Of a stretch of DNA of 64,000 nucleotides, positions 10,757 through 19,111 are shown piece by piece. The position numbers and the translations under genes were made by a program. Source of the DNA: Blastocatellia bacterium. Its GTDB lineage: Bacteria > Acidobacteriota > Blastocatellia > UBA7656. The notes under the pieces were generated by a model. It was not told where the DNA came from. It saw only the letters and a program-made list of their open reading frames with translations, and did no database searches. Within the stretch, counting starts at the first letter, position 1, and the number at the start of each line of letters is the position of its first letter. The DNA is taken from contig CAVSKO010000002.1 in the NCBI GenBank assembly GCA_963728545.1, positions 4,045,146 through 4,109,145 on the forward strand. The letters run 5' to 3'.

Positions 10757-13560
10757 TTGATATTGCTGATGACGACCACGTCGCTCGTAGCAATGCCGCG
10801 CGAGCAGGCAAGCTGGCGGTCGCGCGACCAGTCGAAGCTGAAGATCAGGTCGGATTTGAAATTGGTGAGTTGTCTCGGCGCGCCGCCTGCAAACGGTTGC
10901 AGCCAGACGTTTGAAACCCCGCCCTGGTTGTCGAGAAACATCAAACCGCTGCCGTCAGCCGTCCACCGTAACTGCCCTTGAGGTATGTTGAAACTCTTTA
11001 TGGGCTGGCCCCCCTCGAACGGGATGATGGCGACCGCGAACTGCGAGTTTAGCTGTTCGTCCCAGTAACCGCACGCTATGTAGCGGCCATCGGGCGAGAC
11101 CGCCGGCGGCAATGAAGTCACGTTGGTTAGCTGCAACGGCTGGCCGCCATCAATAGGAATCTTCCACAGGTGAGGGCGGCCCGACACGTGTGTCAGATAG
11201 ACCACCCATTTGCCGTCGGGCGAAAACGCGGGCGACACATCGCTGCCGCCCTGCGTCAATTGTTTGGAATTGCTCCCGTCCGCGTCCATGCGCCAGATAT
11301 TGTAATCGTTAGGGCCGACCCCGCGCGTAGAAGCATAGACTATGTAGCGGCCATCGGGCGAGGCCGTCGCATGGAAGTTCATCCCCGAGTCCGCGGTGAG
11401 CTGCTTTTGATTGCTCCCGTCCGCATCCATGCGCCAGATATTGAGGTCCGCGCCTTCGCGCGCGTTGTATAGCACTTTACCGTCGGGGGTCCAGGACACG
11501 CGCCCGTATTTGCCCACGCCGGATGTGATCTGGCGCGCGCGGTTGGCATCGCCCGAGGGGGCCGTCCACAAGTTCGAATGGGTGTCCCGCTCGACGACGG
11601 CCAATGTGTTTGAGTCTTCCGTCAAGCTCGCGCTGACATACATATTAAGATCGTTTGTGATCCTGCGCGTCTCACCACCCGGGTACGCAACGCGCCAGAC
11701 CTGGCTCACCTTCGAAGCCGGGTCGGTTGCTGTCATTATCAGCGCGCTCCCGTCCTTGACCCACGATACGCGCCCTACGTCAAGCCACGTCTCGGAGGTG
11801 ATAGGTTTTTCCGTCCCATCCGCCACGTTGATGGCTATCACATTCATGTACCCGCCGCCCGAGCCCACGCCCGCCGAGCAGGCAATGACCCGGCCATCGG
11901 GCGACCAGACCGGGTAATAGTAGAACTCCGGCGTCGTCCTCACGGCGAGCGTCCGCTCGTTGCTGCCGTCCATGCCGGCTATCACAAGCTCGTGGCGGCG
12001 CTGGCTTGGGATGCCCCGCATGAAGACGAACTGGGTGTTATCAGGCGAGATGCTGATCGGGCTGTCAACGTCTTCGACAAGCCGCTTAGGCGTGCCGCCG
12101 AGCGCGCCGATCTGATAGAGGATCGCTAAAGGGCGGTTCTTCTCGATCACAGTGTAGTAGATATAATTGCTATCGCGCGAGAAGCTGATCCCTTGATACT
12201 TGCCTTCCACGGGCGGGACTATCTCGACGTTTCTCGACGTAGCCACGTGGCGGACCCAGAGGCTTTGCTTGCCGCCGTCGCTAACGGCATGAGCGACGTA
12301 TTTGCCGTCGGGGGATATGGCCGCCTGTTCCGACTTCCCCGTGCTCGTTAGCTTTGCGATTCGGACCTGATCAAAAGGCGCGTTTGAATCTGTCCCGCGT
12401 CCATTGCCTGAGATCAGTTGAATGGCGAGTATTATGACCGCGCCCATCACGAGCGCGCCCGCCGCGCCCATCGCAACCCACAGCCACGGCTTTCGGTCAG
12501 CCTTCTTCGGCGTCGCGGGCGCGGAGCCGCTCACCATCGTGAGTTCGGGGATTGACGCCGTTCTCGGATAGTTCGAGGTCATCGTAGAGTAAAACGCAGA
12601 AACCGACGGCTGCGAGTCATACTCTCGAACAAGCTCGCGCAGATCGATGTTGGCGTCCTTGATCGACTGGTATCGCTCGTCAGGGTCTTTCGATAAGCAC
12701 TTTCGAATGATTCGCTGAAGCTCGGCGGGCGTTTCAGGATTGAACTCGCGTATGGGCGGCGCTTGCGAATAGACGATCTTGTGCAGCGAATCGATCACGG
12801 ACTCGCCGTGAAACGGCTTGTGGCCGGTCGTCGCCTCGTAGAGAATGCAGCCGAAAGAGAAGATGTCCGACCGCTGGTCTATGACCTTGCCCTGCACCTG
12901 TTCGGGCGACATATAGCCAATCGTCCCCATCACGATACCGGGCTGCGTGCGCCCCATCATCATGGTTTCGGCTTCCAGCATGTCGCCTGCGGAGGCGGGC
13001 TTTTTAGGCTCAAGCAGCTTAGCCAGCCCGAAGTCCAATATCTTGGCGTAGCCGTCGTGCGTTATCATCACGTTTTCGGGCTTGAGGTCGCGATGCACTA
13101 TTCCCGAAGTGTGAGCCTTCGCCAGCCCGTCGGCCATCTGCGCAAAATACTCGAGCAGTTTTTTCAGGTCCGTACGGTCGCGATGAATCTTGTCGCGCAA
13201 CGTGTCGCCGTCGATATACTCCATTGCTATGTAATGAAATAGCCCCCGGCGGCCTGCGCCGTTCGAGCCGTTCCCGGCGGCCATGTCGGGTTGCGAATCA
13301 TCCTCGCGCTCAAGCTCTATTTTGCCGATCTCGTAGATGGTGACGATGTGCGGATGGTTCAAAGCCGAAGCCGATTTCGCTTCTTGAACAAATCGCCTCA
13401 CGCGGTCTTCATTGTCAACCAGGTCAGCCGGCAGGATCTTTAAGGCTACGGGTCGGCCGAGCATCGTGTCGTCGGCTTTATAGACTTCGCCCATCCCACC
13501 GACACCGATGCAAGACATTATTCGATAATGAGAAATCTGTGTTCCAGCAGTGAGGGCCAT
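10753..13560 (-). CDS. Membrane Ser/Thr protein kinase with extracellular TolB/PD40 beta-propellers
   Basis: GVGGMGEVY, VALK, HRDLKPEN, DFG, GTIGYMSPEQ; TM helix; repeated SPDG motifs. Confidence 0.95.
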   Translation of the reverse strand: MALTAGTQISHYRIMSCIGVGGMGEVYKADDTMLGRPVALKILPADLVDNEDRVRRFVQEAKSASALNHPHIVTIYEIGKIELEREDDSQPDMAAGNGSNGAGRRGLFHYIAMEYIDGDTLRDKIHRDRTDLKKLLEYFAQMADGLAKAHTSGIVHRDLKPENVMITHDGYAKILDFGLAKLLEPKKPASAGDMLEAETMMMGRTQPGIVMGTIGYMSPEQVQGKVIDQRSDIFSFGCILYEATTGHKPFHGESVIDSLHKIVYSQAPPIREFNPETPAELQRIIRKCLSKDPDERYQSIKDANIDLRELVREYDSQPSVSAFYSTMTSNYPRTASIPELTMVSGSAPATPKKADRKPWLWVAMGAAGALVMGAVIILAIQLISGNGRGTDSNAPFDQVRIAKLTSTGKSEQAAISPDGKYVAHAVSDGGKQSLWVRHVATSRNVEIVPPVEGKYQGISFSRDSNYIYYTVIEKNRPLAILYQIGALGGTPKRLVEDVDSPISISPDNTQFVFMRGIPSQRRHELVIAGMDGSNERTLAVRTTPEFYYYPVWSPDGRVIACSAGVGSGGGYMNVIAINVADGTEKPITSETWLDVGRVSWVKDGSALIMTATDPASKVSQVWRVAYPGGETRRITNDLNMYVSASLTEDSNTLAVVERDTHSNLWTAPSGDANRARQITSGVGKYGRVSWTPDGKVLYNAREGADLNIWRMDADGSNQKQLTADSGMNFHATASPDGRYIVYASTRGVGPNDYNIWRMDADGSNSKQLTQGGSDVSPAFSPDGKWVVYLTHVSGRPHLWKIPIDGGQPLQLTNVTSLPPAVSPDGRYIACGYWDEQLNSQFAVAIIPFEGGQPIKSFNIPQGQLRWTADGSGLMFLDNQGGVSNVWLQPFAGGAPRQLTNFKSDLIFSFDWSRDRQLACSRGIATSDVVVISNIK

Positions 13561-13801
13561 AACAACATAAACCCCGGAAGTAACTTTCTATTAAAAGGGC
13601 CAGGCGGGCACAGCTTAACCCCTATCTAAAAACGATACCCTTGCCGAGACTCAGTTTCAACCCTTATTTGCGGATTAAGAAAAGTAATCCGCGAGCAAAA
13701 TCCCTGCCTGGAAGTCCCTGTGTTAATGGCTTAAACTATAGCCGCCCGCGATTGGGAGTAATCGCTGCCGCATGCGGCACTAAGCTTCGGAGAGGTAAAT
13801 T

Positions 13802-15796
13802 ATGAGCAGAAGAATCGCGCTGTCGTTTGTCATAGCATGTATCTTTATAATCACCGCTGAGGCGAAGCAGCCCATAAAGCCTGACGATATTTTCGCGATC
13901 AAAGACGTGGGTGAAGCGAGGCTCTCGCCTGATGGATTGATGCTCGCCTACACCGTTACTTCTATCAATCGCGAGAAGAATAATTATATTTCCAGAATCT
14001 ACATTCTGAACATGAGCGGCGGATTGCCTGCGCCCCTCGATGAGACGGAATCGAACGACTCGATGCCGCGATGGTCTCCCGACGGCAAGAGGATAGCTTT
14101 CGCATCCACCCGCAGCGGCTCTCTTGCAATCTGGGTTTACGACGTCGAGAGGCGCAAGGCTCAAAAGGTAGCCGCGTGGGAGCGGAGCAACCATTTTCTG
14201 TCGAAGGCGGGCGAATCGCTCGCCTGGTCGCCCGACAGCATGAAGATCGCTTTCGTCGCGGCAGAACGACCGAAAGAGGAAGCCCCGACAGACCCGCGCG
14301 TCATATCGCGCATTCAATATAAATCGCGCACAGGATTTTCCGATAACCTGCGCTCGCACATCTTCATTGCTTTTCCTGACATCGGCGGCTCCCAGCAGCT
14401 TACGCGAGGCAATTACGACGAGCACTCTATCTCGTGGTCGCCGCGCGGCGACGAGATAGCCTTTCTCTCTAATCGAGAGCGCGACCCCGATGCCAATTTT
14501 AATTACGACATATTCGCGGTCAATACGGCGAGCGGGCGCGAACGGCGGTTGACCTCGACTCCGGGCGTCGAGTTCGCGCCCGTCTGGTCGCCGGACGGCA
14601 ATCAGATTGCTTACACGGCTACGAAAAGAGCTATGACTACGATTGACAGCGTGGCCGAAGATACGCACGTCCGGGTGATCAGCCGCGAGGGAGGCGCGGG
14701 GCGCGAGGTGAGCGCGTCTTTTGACCGGCGCGCAAGCTCGCCGCAGTGGTCTGGCGATGGAAAGCAACTCTTTTTCCTTGCGGGCGACCGGGGCCGCACG
14801 CTGATTTACAGCGTCGCCCGCGACGGTGGCAGTGTCCGCCCGATGTTTGAACGCCGGTGCCAGGTCGGTTCGTTTTCAATAGCCGGGACCGCGCAGATTG
14901 CATTCACGATGAGCTACGAGACTACTCCGGCAGAAATCTACACGCTTGGGCGACCGGGCGAATTCAAGCGTCTTACTTCGATCAACACTGAGACGGTTGA
15001 AAACTGGGGCCTCGTACAACCGGAGGGCGTCAGTTTCAAAAGCTTCGACGGCGCAGAGATCGAAGGCTGGCTGATGCGGCCGTTGAATTTTCAAGCGAAC
15101 AAAAAATATCCGATGGTGCTATTCATTCACGGCGGCCCGCACGGGATGTACGGCTACGGCTTCAGCCACTCGAATCAAGTCTATGCCGCGCGCGGATACG
15201 CCGTGCTTTATCTGAACCCGCGAGGCTCAAGCGGGTACGGGCAGAAGTTTTCAGACGGCTGTGTTGCGAACTGGGGCGGCGGCGATTACCAGGACTTGAT
15301 GAAGGGCGTTGATCACGTTCTGGCGAAATACGATTGGGTTGACGCGAATCGTCTAGGCGTGACGGGCGGCAGCTACGGCGGCTTTATGACCAACTGGGTC
15401 GTGACGCAGACGCCGCGATTCAAAGCGGCAATCGCCGTAGCTTCTTTGAGCAACCTGATCAGCTTCTATTCCACGTCGCTTTATCAAGACCTGGTTCACG
15501 TCGAGTTCAAAGGCTTTCCTTGGGACAACTACGATCTGCTTTGGAAATACTCGCCGTTGCGCTACATAAAAAATGTCCAGACGCCTACATTGCTGATACA
15601 CGGCGAACAGGACATGGACGTGCACATAACGCAGGCCGAAGAGATGTATACGGCGCTCAAGCAGCGCGGCATCGAGTCGGTGCTTGTGCGATACCCGCGA
15701 GAAGGCCACGGATTGCGCGAGCCTGCGCACAGGCTCGATTATATGAGTCGCTCGCTTGCGTGGTTCGACCGCTTTCTTAAACCTAACGGCGAATAG
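13802..15796 (+). CDS. Secreted S9 family (acylaminoacyl/dipeptidyl) peptidase
   Basis: Signal peptide, WSPDG propeller repeats, HGGP, GGSYGG nucleophile, HGEQD, EGH. Confidence 0.95.
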   Translation: MSRRIALSFVIACIFIITAEAKQPIKPDDIFAIKDVGEARLSPDGLMLAYTVTSINREKNNYISRIYILNMSGGLPAPLDETESNDSMPRWSPDGKRIAFASTRSGSLAIWVYDVERRKAQKVAAWERSNHFLSKAGESLAWSPDSMKIAFVAAERPKEEAPTDPRVISRIQYKSRTGFSDNLRSHIFIAFPDIGGSQQLTRGNYDEHSISWSPRGDEIAFLSNRERDPDANFNYDIFAVNTASGRERRLTSTPGVEFAPVWSPDGNQIAYTATKRAMTTIDSVAEDTHVRVISREGGAGREVSASFDRRASSPQWSGDGKQLFFLAGDRGRTLIYSVARDGGSVRPMFERRCQVGSFSIAGTAQIAFTMSYETTPAEIYTLGRPGEFKRLTSINTETVENWGLVQPEGVSFKSFDGAEIEGWLMRPLNFQANKKYPMVLFIHGGPHGMYGYGFSHSNQVYAARGYAVLYLNPRGSSGYGQKFSDGCVANWGGGDYQDLMKGVDHVLAKYDWVDANRLGVTGGSYGGFMTNWVVTQTPRFKAAIAVASLSNLISFYSTSLYQDLVHVEFKGFPWDNYDLLWKYSPLRYIKNVQTPTLLIHGEQDMDVHITQAEEMYTALKQRGIESVLVRYPREGHGLREPAHRLDYMSRSLAWFDRFLKPNGE

Positions 15797-15914
15797 AAAA
15801 GTAATTTGCGATATAATCCAGAGCCTGGCTTTTTTATAAGAATCAGGTAAAATTGGTCAACGCATTCCATCATCGCAGGGTTTAGCTCAATAATCATTAC
15901 CAGGGGACCAGGTT

Positions 15915-17246
15915 ATGAAAAGGCAAAAGGCGCTATTACTATCGTTATTCTTTTTCGGTTCTCTCTCTTTCCTTGCATCATTCAACCAAATTTCAGCGGC
16001 TGGGGATTTGCCCGGCGATTCGCCCGACCTGACTTTCGGCCCTATCTTCAAATCAACCGATTCCGGCGCAACCTGGAGGGCTATAGACAACGGTCTGCTC
16101 AGTCAAGGGATTAACACTCTGGCAGCAGCCCCCGGCTCTCCGGGTACGGTTTACGCAGGCACGGAGAAAGGAGTCTTTAAGACTATTGACGGCGGCTCGC
16201 GCTGGGTTCAATCCAAAGGCGTGATCTCGCTGTTTATTATAGTCACTCTGGCTGTCGACCCTGTCACCCCTTCCATCGTTTATGCCGGAGGCGTTGCTAA
16301 CAGCGGCGGCGGCGCGTTCAAAAGCGAGGATGCGGGCCTCAACTGGAAACCCATAAACTCCGGCCTGTCGAACGTTCTAATAAACCGTTTAGCAATCGAT
16401 CCTAACAACCACACCACCCTGTATGCCCAGGATGATTTTAATCTCTTTAAGAGCACCAATGGCGGTAATAATTGGGTATCCGTCCTGGCCTACCCGCCCA
16501 AGGGAGGTAATGTATTCGAGGCGCAATTCGAGCTTGATCCGTTTAACTCTTCCACTCTGTACGTCACAGGCAACGGGCGCGCGTTTAAAACCACAGACGC
16601 CGGCGGCAGTTGGACCGACCTGACGGACAGAGTAGTGCAGGCTTCCGTGGCAAAGTCGGTGATCGGACTGGCAGTCGATCCCATCACTCCCTCGACCGTT
16701 TACATCAACGGGTCTCCGACGGGAGAGTTGATCAAGACTACAGATGGCGGAAATACCTGGGAAGTGGCAAGAGACGAGTCTTCGCGTCTCAGGTCTCGAG
16801 TGGTAATCGCTACGGCAGCGCCGTCAGTCTTGTATGCAAGGACTTCAAGACCTCTTTTGAAGAGCACGGATCAGGGGATGAGTTGGGTCGAAACAGGTCT
16901 TCCTCCTCCGGGCGCTGTTGTTTTTGCGCTTGATCCGTCAAGCACTTCTACAATATACGCCGCCGGACAAAGCTTTAACCCGCCCAGCGACGCGCCGTTG
17001 ATACGCGGGTTTTCCCTGGATGGTAAAAAATTGTTCGTTATAGGTCAGGGATTCGATGCGGGAGCGGTGATACTGCTAAACGGGCAAGAGCAACATACAA
17101 GGAATAGTGAAACATCGCCTGACTCCATTCTGATAGGCAAGAAGGCCGGGAAGAAGATAAAGAAGAATCCCCTTCTCAAAATACAGGTAAAGAACTCTGA
17201 CGGGAAGGTGTCGCAAGAGGTGACGATCTGGCCGCCTATCGATTGA
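15915..17246 (+). CDS. Secreted BNR/Asp-box beta-propeller protein with Lys-rich Ig-like C-terminal domain
   Basis: Signal peptide; repeated KSTDxGxTW motifs; C-terminus GKKLFVIGQGFDAGAVILLNG...VKNSDGKVS. Confidence 0.85.
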   Translation: MKRQKALLLSLFFFGSLSFLASFNQISAAGDLPGDSPDLTFGPIFKSTDSGATWRAIDNGLLSQGINTLAAAPGSPGTVYAGTEKGVFKTIDGGSRWVQSKGVISLFIIVTLAVDPVTPSIVYAGGVANSGGGAFKSEDAGLNWKPINSGLSNVLINRLAIDPNNHTTLYAQDDFNLFKSTNGGNNWVSVLAYPPKGGNVFEAQFELDPFNSSTLYVTGNGRAFKTTDAGGSWTDLTDRVVQASVAKSVIGLAVDPITPSTVYINGSPTGELIKTTDGGNTWEVARDESSRLRSRVVIATAAPSVLYARTSRPLLKSTDQGMSWVETGLPPPGAVVFALDPSSTSTIYAAGQSFNPPSDAPLIRGFSLDGKKLFVIGQGFDAGAVILLNGQEQHTRNSETSPDSILIGKKAGKKIKKNPLLKIQVKNSDGKVSQEVTIWPPID

Positions 17247-17338
17247 TCGTATAAAGCAGGTGGGTAGCTGATCTCTAAAAGCGATAGCCTCGGCGCGCGC
17301 TGATGTTTATAACCTTCGCTCCTCAGAAAATATTGGCA

Positions 17339-17374
17339 AACGACGCCGGGGTTGGTTATGATCCCGGCGTCGTT
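17339..17374. promoter_or_regulatory. Perfect 12-bp inverted repeat upstream of the DUF4242 gene (hairpin or operator)
   Basis: AACGACGCCGGG-N12-CCCGGCGTCGTT. Confidence 0.45.
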
Positions 17375-17401
17375 ATTTATCACTTTGAAAGGAGCCTGTT
17401 G

Positions 17402-17677
17402 ATGCCGAAGTACATAATCGAAAGAGAGATTCCCGGCGCGGGCGGATTATCCGCCCAGGAATTGCAGGCAGTATCGCAGAAGTCCTGCGGAGTGCTTAAA
17501 GAGATGGGGCCGCAGATTCAATGGGTCGAAAGCTACGTCACCGCCGACAAGGTCTATTGCGTCTACATCGCGCCCAATGAAGAGATGATAAAAGAGCACG
17601 CCGCGCAAGGAGGGTTTCCCGCAAATCGCATCTCCGAGATCAAAACCATGATCGATCCGACAACTGCCGAATCATAA
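17402..17677 (+). CDS. DUF4242 (SCO4226-like) small protein
   Basis: MPKYIIEREIPGAG...WVESYVTADKVYCVYIAPNEE..HA..GGFPANRI; AAGGAG RBS before ATG 17402. Confidence 0.88.
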   Translation: MPKYIIEREIPGAGGLSAQELQAVSQKSCGVLKEMGPQIQWVESYVTADKVYCVYIAPNEEMIKEHAAQGGFPANRISEIKTMIDPTTAES

Positions 17678-17877
17678 CCGGCAGGCGAAACCCGATATTC
17701 AGAACTTGAAAAGAATTGCTGCCGGGACTATGCTGTGGCAGATATTTCTAGTCCTGGTGATAGAATCGGGCAGCATTGACGCTCGTATTCGCATAGTTCA
17801 GCTTCCGTTCGCCTCTGTAGTAGGCGGTCAGGAGATAAACGAAGCAAGCTCTTTGCTTCATCGCGACGGTGATAAAC

Positions 17878-18717
17878 ATGAAAACCCAATCAATTTTCAC
17901 ACGCTTAATACTGCCGGCGGCTTGCGCTCTTGCTATGATCGCGCTCGCCACACCTTCGGCGCTCACACAATCCGAAAAGGGCGGCGATCAGGCGCCAAAG
18001 CCAAAAGAGTCGCCTGCCGTACAAGGCCCTACGCTCAAGCAGTCGGTCGTCGCGGGAGGCGGCGGAACGAGCAGCGCAGGCAATTATCGCCTGGAGGGCA
18101 CAGCAGGCCAGCCCGTAGTCCTTGGCCAGCCCGGAACCGACATCTCTTCCAACCCTCCTTTTGTGCTCCGCTCCGGATTCTGGCCCGGAGCCGTGCCCTG
18201 CCCCTTCGTGTTGACAGAGACCGCGAGGCTCTACAATTCGGGCGGAGGACATTCGGCGCTTAAAGTCGTCGCAACGGGCGATTGCAACTGGACCCCCATC
18301 GTGAGCGACCCGTGGGTAGTCCTGACGTCTGCCAGCACAGGCTCCGGGACGGACGTGATAGCCTACGAAGTGAGAGATAACTTCACGGCGGTAGCCCGAC
18401 AAGCGACCATCACCGTAGGCGAATACGCAATCACGATATTGCAGGAGGGAAGAGGAACGGCCTGTAGCTACGCGATCTCGCCCGCGTTCGGAAACTTCCC
18501 GATTACCGGAGGATCTTCGTCAATAAACGTGACGGCTGCGGCGGGCTGCGCGTGGGAAGCCGTAAGCGATTCGGATTGGATAATCCTCACATCAGGCAAG
18601 CTCGGCATCGCCAACGGCGTGGTGACGTTTGTGGTCGCGCCCGGCACGGCTGGCGTCCCGCGCAACGGCACGATAAGGGTGGCCGGTAAGAATTATGCCG
18701 TGAAACAACAGAAATAG
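17878..18717 (+). CDS. Secreted protein with GGGG...GTxGQ...GFW module and two BACON domains
   Basis: Signal peptide; CNWTPIVSDPWV and CAWEAVSDSDWI, RxATITV / RNGTIRV BACON signatures. Confidence 0.85.
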   Translation: MKTQSIFTRLILPAACALAMIALATPSALTQSEKGGDQAPKPKESPAVQGPTLKQSVVAGGGGTSSAGNYRLEGTAGQPVVLGQPGTDISSNPPFVLRSGFWPGAVPCPFVLTETARLYNSGGGHSALKVVATGDCNWTPIVSDPWVVLTSASTGSGTDVIAYEVRDNFTAVARQATITVGEYAITILQEGRGTACSYAISPAFGNFPITGGSSSINVTAAAGCAWEAVSDSDWIILTSGKLGIANGVVTFVVAPGTAGVPRNGTIRVAGKNYAVKQQK

Positions 18718-18822
18718 CCGAAAATTAGACGGGGGTGGAGAATCACTGCTCCATCCCCATTCAAAACCGGCAGCTCAAGACAGAGTCTCACGTCAACATT
18801 TAATAACCCGCCTTCGATAGGA

Positions 18823-18867
18823 CGAGAGCATCTAAATTTCAATGATACTGAAGTTTTAGAAGTCACA
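18823..18867 (+). repeat. 45-bp direct repeat, copy A (copy B at 21978-21989 plus 22163-22195, split by a MITE)
   Basis: CGAGAGCATCTAAATTTCAATGATACTGAAGTTTTAGAAGTCACA vs CGAGAGCATCTA/ACTTTCAATGATACCGAAGATTTGGAAGTCGCA. Confidence 0.8.
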
Positions 18868-19111
18868 AGTATGAATCTCGTTTCGTCCGCGTGACCCGTC
18901 CGCCAGCGAGCCATCTCCATCAATCGCGGAGCTATTCATAAAAAGAGGCTGAAAGTTGCCGGGGGTGGCCAGTGTTGGAATGTCGAGGGAGCCGACCTTG
19001 ATGCATATGTTAATCGCAGTTCGCGGCTTGTTAAAAATAATGATCCTGCTATATTTTACGTCTCTACCTATTAAGAGGTATTAATTACATATAAGGAGGC
19101 GTAAGCCCAAT